DNA of 64,000 bases, from contig CAWJCS010000006.1 of the NCBI GenBank assembly GCA_963841435.1, positions 832,001 to 896,000 of the forward strand. Reading direction: 5' to 3'. This document shows positions 1-10,548 of the stretch, one piece after another. A model generated the notes under the pieces. The model made no database searches and had not been told where the DNA came from. It saw nothing but the letters and a program-made list of their open reading frames with translations. The DNA is from an uncultured delta proteobacterium (GTDB lineage Bacteria; Myxococcota_A; Polyangia; Polyangiales; Polyangiaceae). A program made the translations under genes and the position numbers. Within the stretch, counting starts at the first letter, position 1; every line of letters begins with the position of its first letter.

Positions 1-1
1 T

Positions 2-370
2 GCCCTCGTAACACCCGACATCATCAAGCAGTACATGTTCGGCGCGAAGGTGAGCTCCGACTGGAGGGTTGGCAGCAAGATCAGCTGGTCGGGCGAATGG
101 CAGGGCAAACCCTATGAGGACAAAGGAAAAATCCTAGAGTTTCGACCGGAAGAAAGGCTTAGCTACTCCCACTTCAGTCCGCTCCTCGGAAAGCCCGACG
201 AGCCCGCAAACTACCACCGCGTCGTCATCGAGCTTTCGGAGCGCGCCGGAGGCACCGAAGTCACGATCTCTCAGGACAACAACGCGACCGACGAGGCCCG
301 CGTCCACTCGGCCAAGAACTGGCGGGTGATGCTCGACGGCTTGAAGCAGGTGCTCGAAGCGCGCGGCTGA
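2..370 (+). CDS. SRPBCC/AHSA1-like (START fold) protein, 5' end outside window
   Basis: Frame open from base 2 (ALVTPDIIKQYMFG...SDWRVGSKISW...RLSYSHFSP...NWRVMLDGLKQVLE), typical of the activator-of-Hsp90-ATPase-like family. Confidence 0.85.
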   Translation, partial: ALVTPDIIKQYMFGAKVSSDWRVGSKISWSGEWQGKPYEDKGKILEFRPEERLSYSHFSPLLGKPDEPANYHRVVIELSERAGGTEVTISQDNNATDEARVHSAKNWRVMLDGLKQVLEARG

Positions 371-468
371 GCTCGCAGCCGAGCGCGCTCGCGACCGTCG
401 CACAGAACCCGCTGCATTGCCCCCCTGCTCGCTACCAGCTGCGCTCGCGCGGCGCGAAAGGAGCTATC

Positions 469-849
469 ATGGATAACCCGGTAGGTTGGTTCGAGATTTA
501 CGTGAAAGACATGCCACGCGCGAAGGCGTTCTACGAGGCGGTGCTCGCCGTCAAGCTCGACAAGCTCGAGTCGACGGCTGGCGGAATCTCGGAAATGCGG
601 GCATTCCCCATGCGTCAAGACGCTCCTGGCGCGGCGGGTGCGCTCGTCAAGATGGAAGGCGGGCCAGCTGGGGGTGGGGCAAGCACCATCGTTTATTTTA
701 CGTCTGACGATTGCTCGCGGGAGGTCGCGCGTGTGAAGGAGCATGGCGGTAGCGTGAAGAAGGACAAGTTTTCGATCGGGCAGTACGGTTTCATCGCGCT
801 GATCGAGGATCCGGAGGGCAACGTCATCGGCCTCCATTCGACGAAATGA
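469..849 (+). CDS. VOC family (glyoxalase/bleomycin resistance) protein
   Basis: MDNPVGWFEIYVKDMPRAKAFYEAV...DPEGNVIGLHS; AGGAG RBS upstream. Confidence 0.9.
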   Translation: MDNPVGWFEIYVKDMPRAKAFYEAVLAVKLDKLESTAGGISEMRAFPMRQDAPGAAGALVKMEGGPAGGGASTIVYFTSDDCSREVARVKEHGGSVKKDKFSIGQYGFIALIEDPEGNVIGLHSTK

Positions 850-888
850 GGACGGGGCAGAGGAGCGACCCGACGAGGCCGACGTGCA

Positions 889-1671
889 TCACTGGCGCGA
901 GTCGGCTGGACGCCCGTAGTAGTCGTACAGGCGCTCCTCGAACTGGCGGTTGACGGGTGTCGCCGGATCGAACGGTGGGCTCTGCTCCACCTGCTGCCGC
1001 GTGAGGTCGACCACGGCCTTCTTCGTGTGCCAGTCGAGCGAACGAATCCACGACGGCGCAACGAGGACCTGCCGGCCGGGCCAGACTGGCTGGGTGTCAA
1101 CGACGGCGTAGCCGAGCGCCCACGTGTCGTCGTCCACGATGAAGTCCGAGATCCCACCGAGGTCGCCGTTCGACGCGGCTATGCGGAACCCGAGCACCTC
1201 GCTGACGGCATAGATCCGCGAATCGTGCTCGGCGAGGGCCTCGGTCGGGCGATGCGGCACCGCACGCCCGCTCGCCTCTGCAACGCGTGGATCCTCCGGC
1301 TGACGGAGCTCGTGGGGGGTTGCCGCAAACCCCCAGAGCGAGGCGCCCGCCCAGTAGAAGGGAAACCCGTAGAACTGGGCAAAGGCCATCTCGTGGGTGC
1401 GGGTGAGGGCCTCGTCCTCACCGAGCGGCGGCGCGCTTTCGATCTGCGCGCGGGTCAGGTGCACGTGCAGCCGCCGCGTCTCGTGGTCCGCGTGGCCGAG
1501 AGAAATCGGCGATATCAGCACTTTGCGCTTCGGAATCCACTTGCCGGTGTCGGCAACCAGATAGCGGAGCGCCCAGCGCTCGGCGTCGAAGAGGAAGTCC
1601 TTGCAACGGCCGATGTCGCCGTCGACTGCCGAAAGGACGTAGTTCGTGAGCTCGCGCACGCTTCTGAGCAT
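889..1671 (-). CDS. Tandem PRC-barrel domain protein
   Basis: Two repeats of A.DG.IG...DF..D...W...Y.V.DT..W.P.R.VL(I/V).P; start MLRSVREL after AGGAGG. Confidence 0.9.
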   Translation of the reverse strand: MLRSVRELTNYVLSAVDGDIGRCKDFLFDAERWALRYLVADTGKWIPKRKVLISPISLGHADHETRRLHVHLTRAQIESAPPLGEDEALTRTHEMAFAQFYGFPFYWAGASLWGFAATPHELRQPEDPRVAEASGRAVPHRPTEALAEHDSRIYAVSEVLGFRIAASNGDLGGISDFIVDDDTWALGYAVVDTQPVWPGRQVLVAPSWIRSLDWHTKKAVVDLTRQQVEQSPPFDPATPVNRQFEERLYDYYGRPADSRQ

Positions 1672-1905
1672 GGGTGCCTCCTTGCGCCGGAACTGAATAC
1701 AAGAAACATGCCGTCGTACGTAGTGACGACGGATCGCGCCGGGCTCGACGCAGCGGCTGCTCGGTCGGGTACGCATGTTTGCCGCGCGCCGTGAATGACG
1801 CGACGCGCGGCCACGACGGGGCGTTTTGTCGCGCCTTGCTGAGCTGCGGCGCGCGTGCCGTTGGGCACGCACGGCGAGGCAGTGGGTCTCGCGTGGCGTG
1901 AGAGC

Positions 1906-4443
1906 CTATTGGAGAATCGCGGGCGACGGGTTGCCGGTGTAGACCTGCGTGCAGCGGGGCTTCGTCGGATCCGGCGGGCAGCTCAAGCCCTGGTAGAAGC
2001 TCAGCGGGTTCGCGAGCGGGGCGTAGCCGCTCGGGATCGACTGGTTCGAGAACGTCGCGAAGTACGAGAGGCAGGCGTCGCGCCACCAGCGCGCTTCATA
2101 GTGCTGGATTTGCAGGAAATCGGCGACGCTCTTGAAACGCGCGCCGTCGATGTAGCCATCGATGCCTGCCCACGTCTCGCGCATCGTCGCGACGGCGTCC
2201 ACGCCGCGGCTGTAGCGGTAGACGAGCTCCTCCCACAGGCTCTTTCCCGTATCGAGGCCAGCCTGCCAGCCCACGTGATGGAAGAAGAGCAGATCGTCGT
2301 CGGGCGTGGTCGCCAGGTTTTCGAACTCGTCGCGCACCGGAGCAAAGTACTGAGCCACGGCGTTGCTCCCCGTGCTCGTCCGGTCGAAGCCGAGGCCCTG
2401 CGTATCGGCCTTGTGATAGTAAACGGGGTTCCACTCGGCGCGGCTCAGGTCGCTCACCCAGGGAGCGGGACCGTAGTGGTGGTCACTGCCCATGATGTGA
2501 ACGAGGCCGAGCGGCGTCATGTAATCGACGATGGCCTGGCGGGAGCTCATCATCATCTGAGTGACGGGGCCGACCACGACGGGATCGTTGGAGAACGTCT
2601 GGCGTACCCACTCGTCGGCGATGCCCTGCGCCGTGAGATCGGCGTCCCACGCCAGGCGACCGAACGCGTACCAGTTCGCCTGGTTCATGTGGGAGCCGGT
2701 CCAGTTCGTGTCGTCCCCCACGTTCGATACGCCGGCGATGGCGCTCAACGTGTGGCCTTCGAGCGAGCCGTCAATCACCTTGGCGACGGTCGAGCCCGCG
2801 CCATTTGCATACGTGTCGGCGTCGAGCACCTCTTTGAACAGTGCCCCGAGGTACGCAAGGTGCGTGTCCTCGCCCAGGTACTCCTTGGTGATCTGGAGCT
2901 CGAGCGCGATCGGGGTTTTGGGCATGCCTCCGAACAACGGGTGGAACGGCTCGCGCGGCTGGAAATCCAAGGGGCCGTTCTTCGCCTGCACGAGGACGTT
3001 GTCGTCGAAGGAGCCGTCGAGCGGATGAAACTCGTCGTACGCTTGCTTGATTCGGTCGGGCGGGCTGTCGTTCGAATAGACGAAGGCTCGCCACATGACG
3101 ATGCCGCCGTGCGGTGCGATGGCCTCGGCGAGCATGTTGGCGCCTTCTGCGTGCGTGCGGCCGTAGTCCTGGGGGCCGGGCTGGCCCTCCGAGTTCGCCT
3201 TCACGAGGAAGCCGCCGAAGTCCGGGATCTGCTGGTAGAGCTCGTCGGCCTTGCTCGCCCACCACTGCTTGACGCTCGCGTCGTGTGGATCGGCGGTGGA
3301 AAGCCCGCCGATCTCCACGGGAGCGCTGAAGCGCGCCGTCAGGTAGACGGCGATGCCGTAGGGGCGCAGCACGTCGGCAATTGCCTTGAGCTTCGCGATG
3401 TAGCTCGTCGTCAGCACCTGCGCGTCGGCGTTGACGTTCGTGAGCACGGCGCCGTTGATGCCGATGGACGCGTTGGCTCGCGCGTAGTCCGTGTACTTCG
3501 GCGAGAGGGTGGCCGGCAGGGCGTTCCAGTCCCAGATCGAGCGACCGGCGTAACCGCGCTCCACGGTACGATCGAGGTTGTCCCAGTGATTGAGCAGGCG
3601 ACGCTTGATCCGCGGGGAGCTCGCGAGCGAAAGGCCGTCGAGCGAGCGGTGCATTTGCAAATGCCGGAGCAGCGCGAACGACCCGTAGAGCGTGCCAATC
3701 TCGGTGTTGCCCGTCACGACGATGACCGATGCGCCGCCGATGTCCGCGGGCTCGACGAGGTAGCCCTCGGGCCCGAGCGCGGCGACCTGTGCGGCGAGCG
3801 GGAGATCGCTGATGGGAGCCGTGGCGACCGTGCCTACGACGATCGAGCCGGCGCTCGGCGTCGTTCCCGTCCCGATCGTCGCGCCGGTGAGCCCGCCGAT
3901 GCCCTTCACGAGCTCGGCGACGGCGGCGTCAACGCTCGCGCCGCTTCCCACTTTCACAATGTCCTTCAGCGCGGACTGATACTCGGCGAGCCTCCCCGGA
4001 ATCGGCACCTTGGGATACCGCAGCCACAGATCGGCGCCCGTCTCGTCGGGCAGCGAGTCCGGCTTCGGGTACGGCTCTTCAATCCCGCCGCCGCTACCGC
4101 CCGCGGCGCCACTATCGCCGCCCGAACCCGCGCTTCCGCCCACGCCGCCCGCGGCCCCAGCGGTCCCAGCGGCCCCGGCGGCGCTCCCTCCGACACCACT
4201 GCCCGACGCCCCGGCCGCCGCAGAGCCACCTGCCGCGCCGCTGGTGCCACCACCCGAGAGGCCTGCGCTGCCACCAGCCAAGGGAGGCTGAGCGCCGCCG
4301 CCCGCAGCAGCTGCCATCCCGCCCGCGCCACCGTTCGACGCTGGCCGCCCCTCGGACGAGCATCCGAGCGTGAGCGCGAGACCGACGGCGCCGGCAACCC
4401 TGGCGGCTTGCCTCCACAGGAGCCGAGGACGGGAAGTCGACAT
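1906..4443 (-). CDS. aguA: GH67 alpha-glucuronidase with lipoprotein signal and Gly-rich linker
   Basis: DLWLRY, RLLNHWDNLDRTVERGYAG, FGGFLVKANSEGQPGP, KNGPLDFQPREP, ELQITKEYLG motifs; LTLGC lipobox. Confidence 0.93.
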   Translation of the reverse strand: MSTSRPRLLWRQAARVAGAVGLALTLGCSSEGRPASNGGAGGMAAAAGGGAQPPLAGGSAGLSGGGTSGAAGGSAAAGASGSGVGGSAAGAAGTAGAAGGVGGSAGSGGDSGAAGGSGGGIEEPYPKPDSLPDETGADLWLRYPKVPIPGRLAEYQSALKDIVKVGSGASVDAAVAELVKGIGGLTGATIGTGTTPSAGSIVVGTVATAPISDLPLAAQVAALGPEGYLVEPADIGGASVIVVTGNTEIGTLYGSFALLRHLQMHRSLDGLSLASSPRIKRRLLNHWDNLDRTVERGYAGRSIWDWNALPATLSPKYTDYARANASIGINGAVLTNVNADAQVLTTSYIAKLKAIADVLRPYGIAVYLTARFSAPVEIGGLSTADPHDASVKQWWASKADELYQQIPDFGGFLVKANSEGQPGPQDYGRTHAEGANMLAEAIAPHGGIVMWRAFVYSNDSPPDRIKQAYDEFHPLDGSFDDNVLVQAKNGPLDFQPREPFHPLFGGMPKTPIALELQITKEYLGEDTHLAYLGALFKEVLDADTYANGAGSTVAKVIDGSLEGHTLSAIAGVSNVGDDTNWTGSHMNQANWYAFGRLAWDADLTAQGIADEWVRQTFSNDPVVVGPVTQMMMSSRQAIVDYMTPLGLVHIMGSDHHYGPAPWVSDLSRAEWNPVYYHKADTQGLGFDRTSTGSNAVAQYFAPVRDEFENLATTPDDDLLFFHHVGWQAGLDTGKSLWEELVYRYSRGVDAVATMRETWAGIDGYIDGARFKSVADFLQIQHYEARWWRDACLSYFATFSNQSIPSGYAPLANPLSFYQGLSCPPDPTKPRCTQVYTGNPSPAILQ

Positions 4444-4666
4444 TCTTGAAAGCGATTCCAAAACGCGGGGGATGAGACTCTCTAATTCTAGCGAAGCTCA
4501 GGTGCCAGGATCCTTCGGAACTGACGCAGGTTGCTCAACGGAACAGCCTTTCGCCAGCTCAAACCCTCTCCGCCGCCTCCGGGCATGGGGGCGAAGCGGC
4601 CTCATGCGCCTCGCGAGCGAATCCGGATGTTGACGCACTGAAATATCGATTGCGCGGACCGCACGA

Positions 4667-5605
4667 GTGCCGCCCGAAAGCGCCACCGGTGGTAGCCTTC
4701 GAGTCGTGCAGTTGGTGTCGGGCGGAGTGGCGCGCTCACTCGTCCGTCGGATGGGCCTCGTGCTCCTGATGGGCGGCGCCGCTCTGCCTGGGTGCGCCGG
4801 CCAGAGCGACGGTGGTAAGGCTTCGGGATCGGTAGGCGGCGCCGCGGCCGGCGGTGGAGCTGGCGCGGTCGGAGGGACCGGTGGGTCCGCGGGCAGCGTT
4901 GGGGGAGGCATGGGTGGTTCCGCGGTCGTGTCGGGCGCAGGCGGCAGCATCGGGGGGATGGGTGTCGCGGGCGCTCCGGGCAGCGGCGGCGGGGTGAGCG
5001 GCGGTCGCTCGGGGGGTGGCGGAGTCGCGGGAGGAAGCGGCGTCGTGGGAGGAAGCGGCGTCGTGGGAGGAAGCGGCGTCGCGGGTGACATGGGTGGGGC
5101 CGGGGAAGAAGCGGGCGCTGGAGGTGGCAGCGGAACTGCCGGCGGGATGGGAGGCGCTCCGAGCGTCGGGCCCTGCGACATCTACGTGGACGCCGGCGTT
5201 CCCTGTGTCGGCGCGTACAGCATGGTGAGGGTGCTCGCGAGCGCGTACGGTGGGCCGCTCTATCAGGTGCGAAAGGGTGGGCCTGACCCAAACCTCGGTG
5301 AGGGCGGCGAGACACAGGACATTGGCGTCACCGCGAGCGGCTTCGGTGATGCGGCCGCACAAGATGCATTCTGCGGCAGCGAAAGGTGCACCGTATCGGT
5401 CTTGTATGATCAGTCGGGAAAAGGGAACGACCTGAAAGCCGCAGGTCAAAGCTGTTACCAATCCGCGCCACCGCCGACGGCCTACGAAGCGGCCGCCGAC
5501 GCCCACCCGCTGAACGTTCGCGGTCAGGACGTCTACGCGCTCTTCACGGGGCACAACGAGGGGTATCGCAACAACCAGGCCGCGGACACCTGCGGCAGGT
5601 CATGA
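4667..5605 (+). pseudogene. Truncated GH54 alpha-L-arabinofuranosidase B-like lipoprotein
   Basis: GPCDIY..AG.PCVGAYS..R.L...Y.GPLYQVR...YDQSGKGNDL, then stop after under half of the catalytic domain seen in the paralog at 18724; start uncertain. Confidence 0.7.
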
Positions 5606-5714
5606 TGAGCGTGGAGCACCGGCTGAGCCTGCCTTTTGCGTTGCTTTGTTTCCGCCGCCTTGAATAGCCCCCGTTCGGGCACCTCCCGAGGAACCAGTTC
5701 ACCCGCATGACCCC

Positions 5715-5734
5715 GTGCGGTCTTCGGACCGCAC
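5715..5734 (+). promoter_or_regulatory. Perfect 8-bp hairpin with C(UUCG)G loop just before an RBS
   Basis: GTGCGGTC-TTCG-GACCGCAC, followed by AAAGGA and ATG at 5752. Confidence 0.5.
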
Positions 5735-5751
5735 AAAGGACGGACCCCTCG

Positions 5752-7500
5752 ATGTATTTCGCTCGCTCGGCCCCGACGCTTTTCGTTTCCCTTTTGGCGG
5801 TCACCGCGGCGTTCGGCTGCTCGTCCGGCGAGGATCCTGCGCCCGCGTCGTCCGGCGGCGCCACGGGCGGCGTCGGCGGCGGCGTCGGCGGGAGCGGTGG
5901 CGCCGCCGCCGCCGCGGCAGGCACGGCGGGGGGCAGCGGCGCTGCGCCCGTGGGTGGCACCGCGGGCGCGCTCACCACGGGCGGCGCCTCCGGAGCCAGC
6001 GGGGCCGGGGCAGTCGCCGGCAGTGCGGGGGCCGTCGGCGGCACGGCGGGTTTCGGCGCCGGGGGCGGCGCCGGTGATTCGAGCGTTGGCGGGTTCGCCG
6101 GCAGCTCTGGCAGCCCGACGGGCGGCAGCGCGGGCGCTTCGGACGGTGGGGCCGCGGGCACGACCACCGGCGGAAGCGGCGGAAGCGCCGGCGCGACACC
6201 GGGCAACTGCAACTTCACCGTGGAGGCACAAACCGCCGACAAGGCCGGCACCAACGGCATCCCCACGGTCGGTATCGTAAACTGGTCGGTCGATCTGCCG
6301 AGCCTCACGAAGGCCAGCATCGTGTTCGGCGCCCAGGGCGGCGCGACGACGATGACCGCGCCCGTCAACGTCACGACGGGTCCGAGCTTCCGAACGCTAC
6401 TGCTCGGCATGAAGGCCTCGAAGACCTACGACTTCCACGTCGAGGTCGAGGGGGGCGGCATGAGTTGCTCGAGCATGCCGTCGTCGATCACCACGGGCGC
6501 GTTGCCCTCCGCGCTGCCGCGCGTCACCCGGACGACGGGCTCCGCGGCAGCGTCGCAGGCCAAGGGCTTTCTCACGGTCAGCACGGGCTTGGCCGGCGGC
6601 GGTGGGATGGGAGGGGGCGGCGCGTCGTACGCGTTCATCCTGGATGCCGACGGGGACATCGTGTGGTGGACGACGGCCCCCGCGCAATGCAGCCGCGCCA
6701 AGATGAGCGGCGACGGTCAGCACATGTGGATGGTGTCGCTGAACGTCGGCAACGGCCAGAAAGACGGCGGCGAGGTCGATCGCGTTTCGATGGACGGCCT
6801 CACGCGAAACACCAAGATCCCCGGCTTCTCGAACTGCCACCACGACATCACCGTGCTCCCGACGGGTGGCAAGGCGGCGTGCCTATCTTGGATCCAGCAA
6901 AGCGGCGATCAACCGAGCGACCTCATCGAGGGTGATGGCGACGGCAACATCACCACCGTCGCACGCATCGATTCCACCGTCTACGCGAGCAGCCGCTTCC
7001 ATGCCAACGCGCTTCACTACCATCCGACCGACGACAGCTACACCATCAGCGACCGCAACCCGAACCTGTTCGTCAAGATCAGCCACGCCGGCAAGGTGCT
7101 CTGGCAGCTCGGCGGGAGCTGCTCGGGGGCGCCTGCACCTTCGTGTGTCGGGGGCAGCTGGCAAGTGAACCACGGGCACGACATGCCCGACGACGGCAGC
7201 GGGGCGTTCCTGTTCTTCAACAACGGCTCGAGCGGCTCGTCCACCGTCTTCAAGTACCAGTTGAACGAGACCGGAGCGTTCACGGCCACCGAGGTTTGGA
7301 CGTACAAGCCCGGCACCACGAGCAACGTGCTCGGCGACGTGCAGCAGCTGCCCAACGGCAACGTGCTCGTGGCGTTCTCGACCGCGAGCGTGGTCCACGA
7401 AATCGACTCGAGTCGAACGCTCGTGCAGCAGCTGAGCGGCGGCATCGGCGGCTACGTCGAGTGGCGCGAGACGTTGTACGGCCCGCCCGCGCGTTACTGA
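5752..7500 (+). CDS. Aryl-sulfate sulfotransferase (ASST)-like lipoprotein with Gly-rich linker
   Basis: AAFGC lipobox; CHHD, FHANALHYHPTDDSYTISDRN...VLWQLGG, HGH, VQQLPNGNVLVAFS beta-propeller motifs. Confidence 0.75.
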   Translation: MYFARSAPTLFVSLLAVTAAFGCSSGEDPAPASSGGATGGVGGGVGGSGGAAAAAAGTAGGSGAAPVGGTAGALTTGGASGASGAGAVAGSAGAVGGTAGFGAGGGAGDSSVGGFAGSSGSPTGGSAGASDGGAAGTTTGGSGGSAGATPGNCNFTVEAQTADKAGTNGIPTVGIVNWSVDLPSLTKASIVFGAQGGATTMTAPVNVTTGPSFRTLLLGMKASKTYDFHVEVEGGGMSCSSMPSSITTGALPSALPRVTRTTGSAAASQAKGFLTVSTGLAGGGGMGGGGASYAFILDADGDIVWWTTAPAQCSRAKMSGDGQHMWMVSLNVGNGQKDGGEVDRVSMDGLTRNTKIPGFSNCHHDITVLPTGGKAACLSWIQQSGDQPSDLIEGDGDGNITTVARIDSTVYASSRFHANALHYHPTDDSYTISDRNPNLFVKISHAGKVLWQLGGSCSGAPAPSCVGGSWQVNHGHDMPDDGSGAFLFFNNGSSGSSTVFKYQLNETGAFTATEVWTYKPGTTSNVLGDVQQLPNGNVLVAFSTASVVHEIDSSRTLVQQLSGGIGGYVEWRETLYGPPARY

Positions 7501-7543
7501 CGCTCCTCGCGATCGCCGGCTGGGCGGTCTCTTCGGGACGGCC

Positions 7544-8605
7544 CTACCAGGCTCGCCGGTACTGCTTCGGCGCCGGGAGCTCGGCGCCGAGCGCGCGGGC
7601 CGCGCGGCGAGCGAAGTACGGATCGCGCAGCATCTCTCGCGCGAGCAGCACGAGATCGGCTTGGCCCGATCGGATGACGTGATCGGCTTGCTCGGGCGAC
7701 ACGATGAGCCCGACCGCTCCCGTCGCGAGCCCCGATCGCCGCCGGATCTCCGCAGCAAGGCCGGTCTGGTAGCCGGGCCCGACCGGGAACTTCACTCCGG
7801 GCACGAGCCCCCCGCTCGACACGTTGACGAGCGACACGCCGTCGTGTCTTATCGCTTCGGCGAGCGCAGAGGATTGCTCGAGATCCCAGCCGCCCTCGTG
7901 CCAATCGGTCGCCGAGACACGCACGAAGAGCGGGAGCTGCTCGGGCCAGACGCTCCGCACTGCGGCGATCACACGCCGTAAGAGGCGGATCCTATTTTCG
8001 AACGAGCCCCCGTGATCGTCAGCCCGTCGGTTCGAAAGGGGCGACAGGAACTCGTGCAAGAGGTAGCCGTGGGCGGCATGGATTTCGACCACCTCGAACC
8101 CCGCTTCGAGCGCGCGCCGCGCCGCGCCGGTGAACGCATGCACGATCTGGTCGAGCTCGTCGCGCGCCAGCGCTTGGGGAACCTGGCTCCGTTCGTCGAA
8201 CGGCACGGCGCTCGGCGCCACGATCGGCGTCCAGCCGCCCCCGTCCGGCGCGAGCGACGCGCCGCCGTCCCATGGCACGGCCGTGCTCGCCTTGCGCCCG
8301 GCATGCGCCAGCTGAATGCCGGCGATCGCGCCCTGCTCCTTGACGAACCGCGCAATCGGCTCCCACGCGGCGACGTGCGAATCGAGCCAGAGCCCCGTGC
8401 ACCCGGGGCTGATCCGACCGCGCGCTTCGACCGCCGTGGCCTCCGCCATCACGAGCGCTGCCCCGCCTACCGCCCGGCTGCCGAGGTGCACGAGGTGCCA
8501 GGTGCTCGGGTGCCCCTCCGTGGCAGAGTACTGGCACATTGACGAGACTGCGATGCGGTTCTTTAGGGTGAGGCCCGCGAGCTCGAGGGGAGCGAAGAGG
8601 TGCAT
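7544..8605 (-). CDS. NADH:flavin oxidoreductase (Old Yellow Enzyme, YqjM/NamA type)
   Basis: LKNRIAVSSMCQYSA, IQLAHAGRKAS, EIHAAHGYLLHEFLSPLSN, C-terminal QYRRAW. Confidence 0.93.
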   Translation of the reverse strand: MHLFAPLELAGLTLKNRIAVSSMCQYSATEGHPSTWHLVHLGSRAVGGAALVMAEATAVEARGRISPGCTGLWLDSHVAAWEPIARFVKEQGAIAGIQLAHAGRKASTAVPWDGGASLAPDGGGWTPIVAPSAVPFDERSQVPQALARDELDQIVHAFTGAARRALEAGFEVVEIHAAHGYLLHEFLSPLSNRRADDHGGSFENRIRLLRRVIAAVRSVWPEQLPLFVRVSATDWHEGGWDLEQSSALAEAIRHDGVSLVNVSSGGLVPGVKFPVGPGYQTGLAAEIRRRSGLATGAVGLIVSPEQADHVIRSGQADLVLLAREMLRDPYFARRAARALGAELPAPKQYRRAW

Positions 8606-8744
8606 GCCCCTGCACTACCACTTCGGAGGCGACTGGCGCGCCCCAGGGAGGGCTGTGCAATCCGATCGCTTCCGCCCTGTCGAGTCATCGGGCCCACAAC
8701 ACCCCGTGAGCCACGCGACCGCTGCCGCGTCGGTGAGTAGGCTC

Positions 8745-9365
8745 ATGGCGACTCATCCTAGCGATCCCACGACGGCCGGCAATGGCGGCTTTGGTGTTCG
8801 CAGGTGTTGCGGGCTGGTGCTCGGAGGCTGGCTAGCGTTGCTGGTCGAGGGTTGTGGCGTTCGTTTCGGTGGGACGAGACCGCCCGAACCGCTGCCTGTC
8901 GATCCTGCGATGATGTGTGACGGCCGTCCCGTGAAAGCTCGGCCCCCACCACCGCCCGGCCGCCCGCAAGTACCCGCGAAGGGCTCCGCGGCGCGGGCGA
9001 TCCTCGAGGCGTATTGCGAGCGCTCCGATGAGCTCCGAGACTGCTACGGCGACACGCTCTGGCGCGATCGCAATGCGGAAGGGATGGTCACCGCGCGGCT
9101 GGTTCTCGATCGGGGCGGACGGCCGAGCAACGTCTGCTTCCTGGATACCGCGATCAACGATGCCGAAGCACTTCGCTGCATTCGCGACGTCTTGGCGTCC
9201 GTCGTCACCCCCCCGCTCGCCAAGCCGACTCGGGTGGTCTTGCCAGTGCGGCTGGTGAGGACTACCGGCGGCGGGGTCGAAGAAAACCACGGCCCATGCG
9301 AGGAGCTCCGCAGAGAACGGGAATTCTCCGATGGCCAGACCCGCGCATCGAATACCTGGCCGTAG
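8745..9365 (+). CDS. AgmX/PglI C-terminal (TonB-C-like) domain protein
   Basis: ELRDCY...L.RDRNAEG.VTARLVLDRGG.....C......CIRDVL...P.RVVLPVRL after a Pro-rich linker. Confidence 0.65.
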   Translation: MATHPSDPTTAGNGGFGVRRCCGLVLGGWLALLVEGCGVRFGGTRPPEPLPVDPAMMCDGRPVKARPPPPPGRPQVPAKGSAARAILEAYCERSDELRDCYGDTLWRDRNAEGMVTARLVLDRGGRPSNVCFLDTAINDAEALRCIRDVLASVVTPPLAKPTRVVLPVRLVRTTGGGVEENHGPCEELRREREFSDGQTRASNTWP

Positions 9366-9510
9366 AGGCCGTCACGGTCACGGATGTACCTCGCGACCGT
9401 ATCCTTGCTCACGTCGTGCCCGAGCTTGGCGAGTGCTGCAGCGATGCGGCGCCGACTCCACAGCGGATCCTCGGCGGCGATGCGCTCGATCAAGGCGAGC
9501 TTGCTGATCG
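9338..9510 (-). mobile_element. Internally deleted remnant of an integrase-core transposase
   Basis: LIERIAAEDPLWSRRRIAAALAKLGHDVSKDTVARY joined directly to IRDRDGLYGQVFD; same family as 48703-49433. Confidence 0.7.
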
Positions 9511-9549
9511 GCTCGCTGTAGGACAACAGGCTGCCTATCGGCCTCTCTG

Positions 9550-10470
9550 ACCTCAGGGATGTCGTGTTTGCGGCGGGCAGGGAGAGGCCCGCAGACATCG
9601 ACGACCGGCGCTGGGCAGTCATCGTAGTGGCAGTCACAGTACCGCAACGTCGGACACGAGAAGACGCCGGCAAACTCCCACGCGGTCGCCGGATTGCAGG
9701 TCGGACAGTCGAAGACGACGCTAACCCGGTGATGCTTGAGGTCAAGTAGCCCGTGATGGTGTGTCCGAACTCGGTATAACCACTAATAGGGCAGGGTGGT
9801 GTCGAGCAGGGGTCGTGGCCGCCGAGCGTGATGTGCAGCGTACCCACCGTGCCCTCGTAAGGGCTCCCCCAGACATTGGTAATGCCCGGTATGGTACTGT
9901 TCGGGGTCGGGACCACCGGAGCGGGCGGCGCGCTGAACACGGTCAACGTGGGATCAGAGGGCACCGTGGGCCCGATACCCAGCGTCGGAGTCACGTCTAG
10001 CGGAACGCTCGACACCGTTCGCGTTGCCGGGGCGATGGCATGGATCGAGTGCGGGCCGGCGGTGAGGGTCGCGGGCAGCTCGATCATCGCGTTCCAGGAA
10101 TCTCTGAATGGAACGGCCACCTCCTGCCCATCCACACAAATCCGGAAAATCGCCGTCGAACGCGCCGTCGAGGAGCACCGCGCCGCCAGCGCCTTGTGCA
10201 GGCGTCAGCACGGCGTTCAGAATCTCGTTGCTCACCGTGCCCGCGGGCGCGGACGCGAGCTCGTCACATGTAGTAACGCCCAAGCCGCACACGCCGGCAA
10301 CACAATCGCCGGAAGCGCACTCCGAGCCTGCCACGCAGGGCTGCCCGTCCCTCGAGAGAACACAATTCCCGGCGCCGTCGCACGCCTCGGTCGAGCTGCA
10401 GGTCCTTCCGCGGGGAGCATTGGCGAACGCGCAGTCCTCGACCGTCGCACAGCGGCCCGAGGCACCGCAT
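9550..10470 (-). pseudogene. Degraded Cys-rich secreted protein
   Basis: C...CSSTEACDGAGNCV...GQPCVAGSECASGDCVAGVC repeats, then a beta-rich segment in another frame (shift near 10145); no start codon, upstream stop. Confidence 0.5.
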
Positions 10471-10548
10471 TACAAATGACTATTGGCTGGTCGCTGCAGG
10501 GTGCCAAGGATTGAGGCGCCGTACATCTACACATCGCGGAGGTTGGCC

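Noticed and set aside
1855-4449. 864-aa plus-strand ORF, and similar long ORFs at 10480-12276(-), 25879-27897(-), 30682-32637(+), 62755-63912(+)
   Set aside because: Antisense shadows of well-supported genes, expected at high GC; no motifs of their own
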